64,000 nucleotides of DNA from Gaiellaceae bacterium. Lineage in GTDB: Bacteria; Actinomycetota; Thermoleophilia; Gaiellales; Gaiellaceae. The stretch lies in assembly GCA_035623575.1 (NCBI GenBank), contig DASPTD010000053.1:13859-77858 (forward strand), in the 5' to 3' direction. The notes under the pieces were generated by a model. That model had not been told where the DNA came from. It saw only the letters and a list, made by a program, of their open reading frames with translations, and did no database searches. Every line of letters begins with the position of its first letter. Within the stretch, counting starts at the first letter, position 1. This document shows positions 18,216 through 30,062 of this stretch, piece by piece. A program made the position numbers and the translations under genes.

Positions 18216-19046
18216 ATGGCTGGTGAGTCACGCCATGCGGCCTGGCAGAAGGAACGAAGCTTTGCGGTGAAACTGCTCCCGGAGCAGGGACCACCGGCGG
18301 ATCTCGCCAGTGGCATTCCGGAGTTTCTCGACGCCGTCGATTTCGCTTTCGATTGGCTCAACCGCGAAGATCCCTCGCGCAAGGGGACGCCGAGCCTCGC
18401 CATCTTCGAGACGGGGGGCGGCGACATCGAGGCGGTCTGGTCCTACCCGCCCGTGCCCCCCGAGGGTCCGGCGCTCGTCGAGCTGTTCGGATTCAACCCG
18501 GTGACGTGGAAGTCCGGTGTGCAGGAATACTCCGCCGTCGAGCCGCGGCGCCCGAGCCCGGCCTTCGCCGCCTCCGCCTCCGCCGTCGCCGTCCCGTTGC
18601 TGTCGGCGCCGAGCGTCGCCGCGGCAGCCGTTTCAGTGGCCGACGAGGAGGACGAGGACGACGAGCTCGCTCCCGTGAGCGAGGCCGTTCACGACGTCCC
18701 GGTCGTCGAGCACGCGGAGCCGGCGAGGGTCGTCCCCGCTCGTGAATGGATCGGCGTGCCCCAAGAGGTCCTCGCTGTCGACGACGCCGAACCGGTCGTC
18801 GAGCCCACCCTGGCCGCCAGAGTCGCCTTCGCCCGCAGGTGGGTCGGCGCGACGTCGCGCACGGCCTGGGCCGATCGCGTCGCCCGTGGGTGCCTCTTCG
18901 TCGCGGTCGCCGCGCTCTGGCTCTCGCTCGGCCTCGCCGATCCGGTCTTCCTCGCGCTCTTGCTCGTCGCGCTCCCGACGCTCTGGTGGCGCCTGCAACG
19001 CGGCGGAGCGGAACTCGCCGACGCCGACAGCGAGGACTGGCTCTAG
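18216..19046 (+). CDS. hypothetical protein with acidic central linker and C-terminal double TM anchor
   Basis: ATG 18216 with GGAGGGGG 7 nt upstream. The motif DEEDEDDE sits in a low-complexity centre. C-terminal hydrophobic pair CLFVAVAALWLSLGL / VFLALLLVALPTLWW. Confidence 0.55.
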   Translation: MAGESRHAAWQKERSFAVKLLPEQGPPADLASGIPEFLDAVDFAFDWLNREDPSRKGTPSLAIFETGGGDIEAVWSYPPVPPEGPALVELFGFNPVTWKSGVQEYSAVEPRRPSPAFAASASAVAVPLLSAPSVAAAAVSVADEEDEDDELAPVSEAVHDVPVVEHAEPARVVPAREWIGVPQEVLAVDDAEPVVEPTLAARVAFARRWVGATSRTAWADRVARGCLFVAVAALWLSLGLADPVFLALLLVALPTLWWRLQRGGAELADADSEDWL

Positions 19047-19099
19047 CAGGTCTCGGCCGCCTGTGGACTTTCGTCACCAAAGGTCGTAACGTCCCGCAC

Positions 19100-19918
19100 A
19101 TGCTCGAGCGGCCCGGCGAGGCGGGCGGACACCCGCCGTGGTGGTGGCTGCACGTCGTGCAGCCGTTCTTCCGTGTGCTCTGGCGCCGGCTGCTGCGGCC
19201 GCTGCTGCTTCTGCTCTGGTGGCCGCTGCCCCGCCGCTTCAGGCGCTGGCTGGGCGGCCGGTTCGAGGGCGTCACGCGCGACGAGGCCTGGGGGTACGGC
19301 GTCTGGTCGCTCATCGCCCTCACGATCGCCGTTCCCGAGCTCACCGCCGCGGTCGACAACACGGCTCCGTGGCCGACGATCTCCGGAACGGTGGGGGAGC
19401 TCGAGTGGGTGTGGAGCCCGACCGCGCTCATCGTCGTCGCAGTCATCGTCTTCGTCGCCGGCCATGCGGTGGCGAGCCCGCTGCTCGCGCCGAGCACGGT
19501 CGGCGTCCACGGCCGGCGCGGACGCACGAATGGAGGCCGCTTCACCACGCGGCCGGACCGTTCCTCCGCGGTCGTCTCGCCGTACTGGTACTTCCCGATC
19601 GCGCTCGCCGTCGTGATCGTCGGCAGCGTCCTCGCCGCCGAACGGGCACGGGGGAAATGGGACCTTGCCTACGTCCTCTATCCGCTGATCGCGTTCTGGG
19701 GTCTGATCGTGCCGAGCCTGATCGCGGCCGCCGGCGCGTGGGACGTGCCCTTTCCGACCCTATTCCGGACGATCGCGAACCTCGAGCGGCGGCTCCATTT
19801 CATCGCCCTCGTGATCGTCGCAGGCCTGGCGATCCTGCTCGTCCACCTGGCCTTCTACCCCTGGCCGGACGTCTCGCACGTCCTCCAGACGCACCATCCG
19901 CAGACGACCTCCAAGTAG
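19100..19918 (+). CDS. Trp-rich polytopic membrane protein, no recognised family
   Basis: ATG 19100 inside track ORF 18746..19918. 272 aa with 5-6 hydrophobic segments and N-terminus PPWWWLHVVQPFFRVLWRRLL. Confidence 0.6.
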   Translation: MLERPGEAGGHPPWWWLHVVQPFFRVLWRRLLRPLLLLLWWPLPRRFRRWLGGRFEGVTRDEAWGYGVWSLIALTIAVPELTAAVDNTAPWPTISGTVGELEWVWSPTALIVVAVIVFVAGHAVASPLLAPSTVGVHGRRGRTNGGRFTTRPDRSSAVVSPYWYFPIALAVVIVGSVLAAERARGKWDLAYVLYPLIAFWGLIVPSLIAAAGAWDVPFPTLFRTIANLERRLHFIALVIVAGLAILLVHLAFYPWPDVSHVLQTHHPQTTSK

Positions 19919-19933
19919 CGGGAGCCCAGGCTC

Positions 19934-20050
19934 CTAGCCGCGCCGGGGCGCGGCCGGTGCCGGGGAGATCCGTGCCTCGAGCAGGCGCAGTGTCAGGCTG
20001 GAGCAGCCGGCCGTGGCCGGGTACAGGTGCCGCAAGAGATCCGCAGGCAT
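19934..20050 (-). CDS. 38-aa small ORF with canonical Shine-Dalgarno sequence
   Basis: My own translation (below the track's length cutoff): AGGAGG (20057-20062), 6 nt, then ATG, giving MPADLLRHLYPATAGCSSLTLRLLEARISPAPAAPRRG. Third position is 32/37 G/C by hand count. Confidence 0.25.
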   Translation of the reverse strand: MPADLLRHLYPATAGCSSLTLRLLEARISPAPAAPRRG

Positions 20051-20267
20051 TTCCGTCCTCCTAGAGCCGCAGGGGCGATTGGCACGCATCGTGGCGCCGG
20101 ACCGGCACTTGACGGAATCCCCGCATCGGTGGTTCTCCCCGCCGGTTCACCCTTTCGATTCCCTCTATCCGGGGACGCGCCCGCCCCCCGGACGAGCCGA
20201 TGATGGCGTCATCACGCATTGACGGGCGTTGCGGCCTCCGCCGACGGAACCACCTGGGGGAGGACCC

Positions 20268-21536
20268 GTGACCAAGAAGCGCTTGCTTGCCCGTCGTTTC
20301 GGCCGCGTGACGTTGCGCCAGGAGGCGGGGCAGGTGATCGCCCTCGTCGTCGTCGCGCTCATCCCGTTGCTCGGGATGCTCGGCCTCTCGCTCGACATCG
20401 GCTATGCGTACTACTCGCAGCGGACGCTGCAGAGCTCGGCCGACGCGGCGGCGCTCGCCGGCGCCTCGCAGCTACCCGACACAGCGGGTGCGACGAGCGT
20501 CGCGACGCAGTACGGCTCCACGGCCGGCTCGAAGAACGCCGTCCCGAGCAGCGGCATCACCGGTATCCAGCAGACGGTCACGGAGAAGTGCGTCGCCTCG
20601 CTGCCGGGCTGCGCGCCGGACAACGCCGTCGTCGTCGACGAGTCTGCCAGCTCGAGCACGTTCTTCCTGCGCCTCTTCGGCGTCAACTCGATCTCGATTC
20701 ACGTGCGTTCGACCGCCTGCGGGCCGTGCGCCGATCGTCGCGCCGACATCGTCGCGGTCTTCGACCGGACGGGCTCGATGTGCGAGACCTTCAGCGGCGC
20801 GAACGATCCAAGCTGCACGAAGCTGAACAGTGCGAAGTCGGGGATGGAGACGATGCTGAGCTCGCTCGACCCGACGCTCGACAACGTCGGCCTCGTCATC
20901 CTCCCGCCGGTCGGGCCGAAGGAGACGAGCTGCTCCACGGCTGACGGGTCGGAGTACACGTCCTCGTCGTCGAAGTGGCTCGTCGTCCCGCTCACGTCGA
21001 ACTACCAGAAGAACGGCGTGCTCGACCACTCGTCGACGCTCGTCTCGACGATCGACTGCCTGCATGCAGGCGGCTCGACCTCCTACGCGAACGCGATCGA
21101 CGCGGCGCAGGCCGAGCTCGCAGCCGACGGACGTCCCGGCGCGCTCCGCTACATCGTCTTCTTCACCGACGGCGCTGCGAACACGGGCCCGACGTACTAC
21201 CCGGCGAACTCGCCGTACCGGACGCAGCCCTGCCACCAGGGCGTCACGTCCGCCGGCATCGCGAAGGCGGCCGGCACGACGATCTTCTCCATCGGCTACA
21301 CGCTGCAGGGCGCGGGCGGCAGCTCGAACGCGTGCGTCGTGTACCAGAGCCCCACGAATGCGAACAACCCGAAGGCCGAGTCGCCCGCGATCACCGCGTA
21401 CAGCGCCCTCCAGCAGATCGCCTCGCGTCCCGACACGTTCTTCGACAACGAGTCGGTGTCCGGGCTCGACGCGGTCTTCGCCGCTGTCGCGACGCGGATC
21501 ACCGGCCCGCGGCTGATCCCGAACGACCTGAGTTAG
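20268..21536 (+). CDS. TadE/TadG-like N-terminal domain protein with vWA domain
   Basis: GTG 20268 with GGGGGAGG upstream. N-terminal TM plus LDIGYAYYSQRTLQSSADAAALAGA (TadG-like). vWA/MIDAS-like DIVAVFDRTGSM and FFTDGAAN. Confidence 0.75.
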   Translation: MTKKRLLARRFGRVTLRQEAGQVIALVVVALIPLLGMLGLSLDIGYAYYSQRTLQSSADAAALAGASQLPDTAGATSVATQYGSTAGSKNAVPSSGITGIQQTVTEKCVASLPGCAPDNAVVVDESASSSTFFLRLFGVNSISIHVRSTACGPCADRRADIVAVFDRTGSMCETFSGANDPSCTKLNSAKSGMETMLSSLDPTLDNVGLVILPPVGPKETSCSTADGSEYTSSSSKWLVVPLTSNYQKNGVLDHSSTLVSTIDCLHAGGSTSYANAIDAAQAELAADGRPGALRYIVFFTDGAANTGPTYYPANSPYRTQPCHQGVTSAGIAKAAGTTIFSIGYTLQGAGGSSNACVVYQSPTNANNPKAESPAITAYSALQQIASRPDTFFDNESVSGLDAVFAAVATRITGPRLIPNDLS

Positions 21537-21540
21537 ATCG

Positions 21541-21810
21541 CTACTCGGCCAGGCGGAGCGCCGCGGCGGGATGCCGGCTCGCCCAGGTGCTGTAGCTCCC
21601 GCCGTGCGCACGCAGCCACTGAGCGAGCATCGCCTTCGACAGGGGCACCCTGTCGCCCCAGACGAAATCCTTGGCCGGGATCGAACGGCCGGCCGGCTTG
21701 TCGGACGCCCATGCGCGGGTGCCGGCCCATACCATGGCACTGAACGCGGCCGCGACGGAGAGCGCGAGGAGGAAGCGATACAGGATGCCGGTCGGGAGAC
21801 GCCCCACCAC
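21541..21810 (-). CDS. small N-terminally anchored hypothetical protein
   Basis: 89 aa, GTG start, one TM (ILYRFLLALSVAAAFSAMVWA), G/C-rich third positions. No family recognised. Confidence 0.4.
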   Translation of the reverse strand: MVGRLPTGILYRFLLALSVAAAFSAMVWAGTRAWASDKPAGRSIPAKDFVWGDRVPLSKAMLAQWLRAHGGSYSTWASRHPAAALRLAE

Positions 21811-22067
21811 GCTCCCAGTATGGGCCTCCGTCCGCGCGCAAAGCCTCCCGAACGGCTAGCAAGAGTTCGGACCTCCGGACGGGGCGGCCCGGCTGCAGCG
21901 GGTTTCGCGTCTGCGCGGCGGGGATCCGAGATGTGCCCGTCCAGACGCAGGAGCCGCCGTTCGAGCTCGTTCTGGATCCAGGCGTCGACAAGCCTGCGGG
22001 CTAGTACGGAACCCACTCCGAGCCGTCCACCGATGCGGGTCCCGCGCTCCTCCGCCACGCTTGAGCC

Positions 22068-25583
<3,516 letters not shown>

Positions 25584-25707
25584 CCGCCGGCACGGCCACG
25601 GCAGGACTGGCGCCTGTCCTGGAGCGCCACCGGTACCTGTCGCTCAGCAGCTCAAGAGCTCGGCGGCTCGGCCGCCGAGCGCTCTGCGGAGCACAACACC
25701 TTCGCGA

Positions 25708-25728
25708 GCGAGGTGCGGCGCACCTCGC
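25708..25728. terminator. hairpin between convergent PFOR and vWA genes
   Basis: GCGAGGTGCG-G-CGCACCTCGC, perfect 10-nt arms, 5 nt before the stop of the minus-strand gene. No clear U-tract. Confidence 0.35.
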
Positions 25729-25733
25729 GAGGC

Positions 25734-26717
25734 CTAGAAGTTGCGCCGGTAGAGCAGGAAGCCGAGCGGGAGGATGCCGCCGAGGACGAACCACGGCGCA
25801 AGCGCGATCCGCGCGTACGAGCTGACGTGCTTCCGCGTCTTCGCGAAGCCGACCGCCTCGCGGGTCGCACGGACGATCTGCGAGACCTGCGCCTCGCTGT
25901 ACGAGGAGCCGCCGGTGAGCGTGGCGACCTGGGCGAGCGCGTCCGCGCTCGTCGGGTCGGGCGCATAGCCGGGATCCGGCTTGCGGCCGTCCGCCCGGTC
26001 GTAGATCAGATCGTGCGGCGACCAGACGTGGACGAAGATGGGCTCGATGCTTCGCTCCAGCGAGATCTTCAGCACCGGCGAGATCGGCTGCGACTCGCCG
26101 TCCGTGAAGACGACGAGCAGCCGGTGCACGACGCCGGTCGAGAAGAAGTGCGAATCGGCGAGCGGCGCGAGCGCCGCGAGCGTCGTTGCGCGTCCGCGGT
26201 AGGCCTGGCTCGGGGGTGGGCTGTCGATCGCCACCGACTGTCTGAGCGTCCGTGCGAACAGGGCGGCGTCCGTCGTCGGCATCAGGTTCGGGAGCGTCCG
26301 GTCGGTCATCGTCGCGATGCCGACCGGGAGGTCGGGCAGCCGCGCCCGCAGGCGCAGGGCGAGGCGCTTCGCGCGGGCCAGGCGCGTCGGTTGTCCCGGA
26401 GCGGTCGAGGCCTGCATGGACAGCGACGTGTCGAACACGAAGAACGCTTGCGCGTCGGCGCGCTCGCTTACGAGCTGCTGGCGCACGACCACCGGCTGGG
26501 CCGCCGCGGCGGCGACGAGCGCGACCAGAAGGACGAGCGCGACGGCCGCCGGAACGACTCGGCGGTGCCGAGGTGCCGAGACCGCGAGCGCGCGGCGCAC
26601 CCGTGCGGCCGTGCGCTCGGACAGGAGCAGCGCTGCGAGCGGCACGGCGGCCGCAATCCCGAACAGCGCGTCGAGCGGCGTCAGGAAGGAGACGCCGCCG
26701 ATGAGAGTGGGCACCAT
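25734..26717 (-). CDS. vWA domain membrane protein (BatA/BatB-like)
   Basis: ATG 26717 (MVPTLIGGVSFLTPL), overlapping the upstream stop by 1 nt. N- and C-terminal TM segments. vWA core FFVFDTSLSM...VVFTDGES. Confidence 0.75.
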   Translation of the reverse strand: MVPTLIGGVSFLTPLDALFGIAAAVPLAALLLSERTAARVRRALAVSAPRHRRVVPAAVALVLLVALVAAAAAQPVVVRQQLVSERADAQAFFVFDTSLSMQASTAPGQPTRLARAKRLALRLRARLPDLPVGIATMTDRTLPNLMPTTDAALFARTLRQSVAIDSPPPSQAYRGRATTLAALAPLADSHFFSTGVVHRLLVVFTDGESQPISPVLKISLERSIEPIFVHVWSPHDLIYDRADGRKPDPGYAPDPTSADALAQVATLTGGSSYSEAQVSQIVRATREAVGFAKTRKHVSSYARIALAPWFVLGGILPLGFLLYRRNF

Positions 26718-27355
26718 CAGTAGCCGCTCCCGATGGGGGTCGCACCGCGCCCCTTCCCGAAGCCGTAGCCGGCGCGCGCGTCGCGACCGATCTTGCCCTT
26801 GCCGGGCCTGCGCAGCCGGAGGACGAGCTCGAGATTCTGCTTCGCGTCGCCGTCGGCGGGATCGAGCGCGATCGCCCGCTGGAAGTAGCCTTCGCCGCGG
26901 CGCAGCAGCGCGGCGATCGCACTCGGGTCGGTGCCGGGCGCGGGCGACGTCACGACGAGCACCCCGAGCAGGTTCGCGGCGGACGAGCGCTCCTGCGCCC
27001 GCGCGCCGGTCAGCATCACCCGCTGGAGCGTCTCCTGGGCCTGGGCGCGGAGCGTCGGCAGGTCGACGCGCGTCTCGGGGTCGACGCCGATCCGGCTGAT
27101 CCAGAAGAGCTGCAGCGCGCGCCGGTAGGCCTTCGCGTCCCCGGTGCCGATCAGCGCGCCGGCCGGATCGCCCGGAAGCAGGGTGGGCGGGCTCCAGAGC
27201 TTCAGGTGCGCCGGAAGTGCCCGGAAGCGGATGTCGTCGCGCGACACCGTCGTCTGCCACGCGCGCGCGTCGACGGCGAGCAGGAGGAGGATCGTCGCGA
27301 CGGCGGCGAGCGCGAGAGCGGCAAGCCCGGCGGCATGCCGGCGGATGCTCGTCAT
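26717..27355 (-). CDS. membrane-anchored TPR-like protein with Gly/Lys-rich tail (BatC-like position)
   Basis: ATG 27355 in an ATGA overlap. One TM. TPR-like segment YFQRAIALDPADGDAKQNLELVL. C-terminus GKGKIGRDARAGYGFGKGRG. Confidence 0.6.
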   Translation of the reverse strand: MTSIRRHAAGLAALALAAVATILLLLAVDARAWQTTVSRDDIRFRALPAHLKLWSPPTLLPGDPAGALIGTGDAKAYRRALQLFWISRIGVDPETRVDLPTLRAQAQETLQRVMLTGARAQERSSAANLLGVLVVTSPAPGTDPSAIAALLRRGEGYFQRAIALDPADGDAKQNLELVLRLRRPGKGKIGRDARAGYGFGKGRGATPIGSGY

Positions 27356-28197
27356 GTCGCTTCCCTCACGGCGAGCCGCGTGTTCACGCGCTCGTTGCCG
27401 GCGAGCAGCAGCACGAGCAGGAGACCGAGCGCGAGCAGGCCCCACGGCGCCGACGCGGCGACCGGCTGCTCGTGTCGCGTCGCCGTGTGCGTGAAGACGC
27501 TCGGGCTGACGAACGCCTTCTGCCCGAACAGCGTCGCGAACAGGCGCACGTTCACCGGGTCGGCGTAGAGCGGGACGATCCGCACGGGAATGTGCTCGCG
27601 CCGTAGCCGCAACGCCTCGCCCGACAGCAGCGGCACGTCGGCGGCAGCGTCGTCGAGGTCGCTCACGATCAGGATCGAGCCGTGCTCGACGTGCGCCCGC
27701 CGCAGCGCACGCTCCGCCCCGACCAGTCCGGAGGCGATCCGCGTGCCGCCGCTGAACAGATCCCAGGGCGACTGCGTGAAGACCGGCGCTCCTTGCGCGT
27801 AGCGAACGGGGACGAAGAAGGGGACGAACTGGAGCAGCGCCCCCGGAGGGGAGTTCGGCGGGAGCAGCTCATAGGCCGTGTCCGAGAACATCTCGAGCCC
27901 GATCGACTGGTTCGCGTTCACGATCCCCTTCAGGACCGTCGCGACGCGCGCAAACACCGGCCCGGAGATGCTCGCCGACATGTCGAGCGCGACCATCCCG
28001 GTCGTCGCCCCCTCCGGAAGCACGGCCGCGCGGCCGCTGCCTGCGGACCGGGCGTCCAGCACGATCGCACCGAGCGTCCCGGCGAGCGCAAGAGCGAGGC
28101 CGATCCGGAGCAGCGACGTTCGCGTCGCCGGGCGCCGTAGGCGTGGCAGGTCGGCGAGCGGGACGGCGCCGCCACGGTGCAGCGACGGCAGCCTCAC
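27352..28197 (-). CDS. vWA domain protein (BatA-like)
   Basis: GTG 28197 in a GTGA overlap. MIDAS-like ALDMSASIS...LIVSDLDD. N- and C-terminal TM segments. Confidence 0.7.
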   Translation of the reverse strand: MRLPSLHRGGAVPLADLPRLRRPATRTSLLRIGLALALAGTLGAIVLDARSAGSGRAAVLPEGATTGMVALDMSASISGPVFARVATVLKGIVNANQSIGLEMFSDTAYELLPPNSPPGALLQFVPFFVPVRYAQGAPVFTQSPWDLFSGGTRIASGLVGAERALRRAHVEHGSILIVSDLDDAAADVPLLSGEALRLRREHIPVRIVPLYADPVNVRLFATLFGQKAFVSPSVFTHTATRHEQPVAASAPWGLLALGLLLVLLLAGNERVNTRLAVREAT

Positions 28198-29153
28198 GGC
28201 GCAAACTCCTCGTCGTCACCGTGCCGGCCGCTCTCGCGTGCCTGCTCGGCGAACGTCTCGACCTCCTCGTCGCCGGGCAGGTTGGCCGACCACGCCAGCT
28301 CGCGGGCCGTGCGCGAGAGCTCGTCGGCCGCCGGCAGCGGGGCCTCGACGTCGAGCTCGCCTGCGACGCGCTCGAGCGCCTTCCGCTCGAGCGTCTCGTC
28401 GCCGCGCTCGTGCGCCCACGCGAGCAACGCCAGGGCTCGCTCGAGCGTCGTCTTCGAGTCCACCGCCCCCGGGGCCGTCACCTGCCGCGGCCGCACGGTC
28501 AGGTACCAGCTCCGTCCGAGGCCGGCGGCGGCCAGCAGTGCCGTCGCGCCGAGCCCGAGCGCCAGCCAGAAGAGGAGCGTCGGCGAGATGCGGAACGTGG
28601 GCGAGGCGACCGGGGTGATGTGGGATTGCCAGCTGATGTGCTCGTCCCCTACGAGCGCGTTCTCCGACGCGGGGCTCACCTGCGAGAGCACCTCGACCGG
28701 CGGCCAGCTCGCGGTGATCCCGTAGGCCCGCCTGCCGGCCTTCGTCACGTAGTCGATGTGGACGAGCGCGAAGTGGAAGACGTGGTACTTCTCGCTCGGG
28801 GGCTGTCGCGGCACGCAGGGCGACGTGAGACAGCGAAGCGTCCACGTCCACGTCACCTGGGCGAAGCGACCGGAGTGCAGGCGCAGGACGACCGGCCCTC
28901 CGGCTGCGAGGTACGGCTTGAAGCTCGTCGTGACCCGCAACCGGGCCGGGTCGACGAACTTCGTGTCCGCGATGACTGCGAGCCGTGCGACGACCGCGTC
29001 GCCGAAGAGATGCACCTGCGGCGTCACGTTCGCGTACGCCTTCAGCGGCTGGCCTTCGCCGACGACCGAGCCGGAGGGGTAGAAGGGCAGTCCGGCGACG
29101 GCCGACGACGCCGAGGCCAGCATCAGCGCGGCCGCCAGGGCCAGGCGCTTCAT
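28194..29153 (-). CDS. signal-peptide/TM protein with acidic cytosolic tail (BatD-like position)
   Basis: ATG 29153 (MKRLALAAALMLASASS) in an ATGA overlap with the DUF58 stop. Beta-rich ectodomain, one TM (LLFWLALGLGATALLAAAGL), helical acidic tail. Confidence 0.6.
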   Translation of the reverse strand: MKRLALAAALMLASASSAVAGLPFYPSGSVVGEGQPLKAYANVTPQVHLFGDAVVARLAVIADTKFVDPARLRVTTSFKPYLAAGGPVVLRLHSGRFAQVTWTWTLRCLTSPCVPRQPPSEKYHVFHFALVHIDYVTKAGRRAYGITASWPPVEVLSQVSPASENALVGDEHISWQSHITPVASPTFRISPTLLFWLALGLGATALLAAAGLGRSWYLTVRPRQVTAPGAVDSKTTLERALALLAWAHERGDETLERKALERVAGELDVEAPLPAADELSRTARELAWSANLPGDEEVETFAEQARESGRHGDDEEFAP

Positions 29154-30052
29154 GCGACGGCTCCGCGCCACATCAGGCGCAGGTCGGCCCACCGGAGAAA
29201 CGCGGCGAGCATCTCGGCGTGGTCGTGCGAGTGCACCGCGACCGGCTCGAGCCCGAGCGAGCGAAAGTCGCGGACGCGCTCGTCCCAGCGCCGCTCGTGC
29301 CCGTCGCGCAGCCGCCGGGCCTCGCGCCGCGAGAGGTAGACCGGGACGACCCGGCCGGTCGCCGGGTCCGCGTACGGGACGCTGATGCCGCCGACATCGG
29401 GGAAGGTGCGCTCCCAGAGCGGGTCCTGGATGAACACGGGCACGACCTCCCAGCGATGCTCGAGCGCACGCTGCCAGACACGAAGGTCCGGCGGCACGAC
29501 GAAGTCCGACAGGACGAAGACGAACGCCTGCGTCGGCAGGTCGCGCCGGTGCTCGCCGAGGAACTCGAGCCCGAGCGAGACCGTCTCGGGCGGGGCGTGG
29601 AACGACCGCTCGAAGGTTCCCCTCTCGGCGCGCTGCTCGGTGCGGGGCGGGCGCCAGTACGGCTCTCCCGTCGCATAGTCGAGGTAGCCGGTGAGGCTGC
29701 GCGCATGCCGGGCGCTTGCTCCGATCAGCTCGAGCGCGGTGAGGATGGACTGCGGCTTGTCGAGCGGCCGCACCGCCGACGCGCGCATCGACATCGACGG
29801 GCGCCGGTCGGCGAGCACGACGACGCGCGGCGCCTCGTCGGCGAATCGCTCACGCACGATGAACTCGTCCGAGCCACGGGCGGCCGAGAGCTTCGCCGAC
29901 GCGGCCCAGTCCATCCACGCCACGTCGTCCCCCGGTCGGTACTCCCGCGCGCTCGCGACGTCCGAGCCGACGCCGCGCCGGGCGCTGCGCACGCCTCCAA
30001 ACGCGAGCCCGATCACGCGGCGCCGCGGGACGAGCGGGAAGACGGCTGCCAC
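29150..30052 (-). CDS. DUF58 domain protein
   Basis: 300 aa, GTG start. The motif REYRPGDDVAWMDWAASAK is typical of DUF58 partners of MoxR ATPases. Confidence 0.8.
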   Translation of the reverse strand: MAAVFPLVPRRRVIGLAFGGVRSARRGVGSDVASAREYRPGDDVAWMDWAASAKLSAARGSDEFIVRERFADEAPRVVVLADRRPSMSMRASAVRPLDKPQSILTALELIGASARHARSLTGYLDYATGEPYWRPPRTEQRAERGTFERSFHAPPETVSLGLEFLGEHRRDLPTQAFVFVLSDFVVPPDLRVWQRALEHRWEVVPVFIQDPLWERTFPDVGGISVPYADPATGRVVPVYLSRREARRLRDGHERRWDERVRDFRSLGLEPVAVHSHDHAEMLAAFLRWADLRLMWRGAVA

Positions 30053-30062
30053 TACCGTCCTC

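Noticed and set aside
20120-20170. tRNA-like fragment (CCGGTTC...TTCGATTCC) as a possible attR for an island starting at tRNA-Cys
   Set aside because: Only 7 contiguous nt match the tRNA-Cys 3' half. The T-loop-like string has no complementary stem, so it is not a convincing direct repeat.
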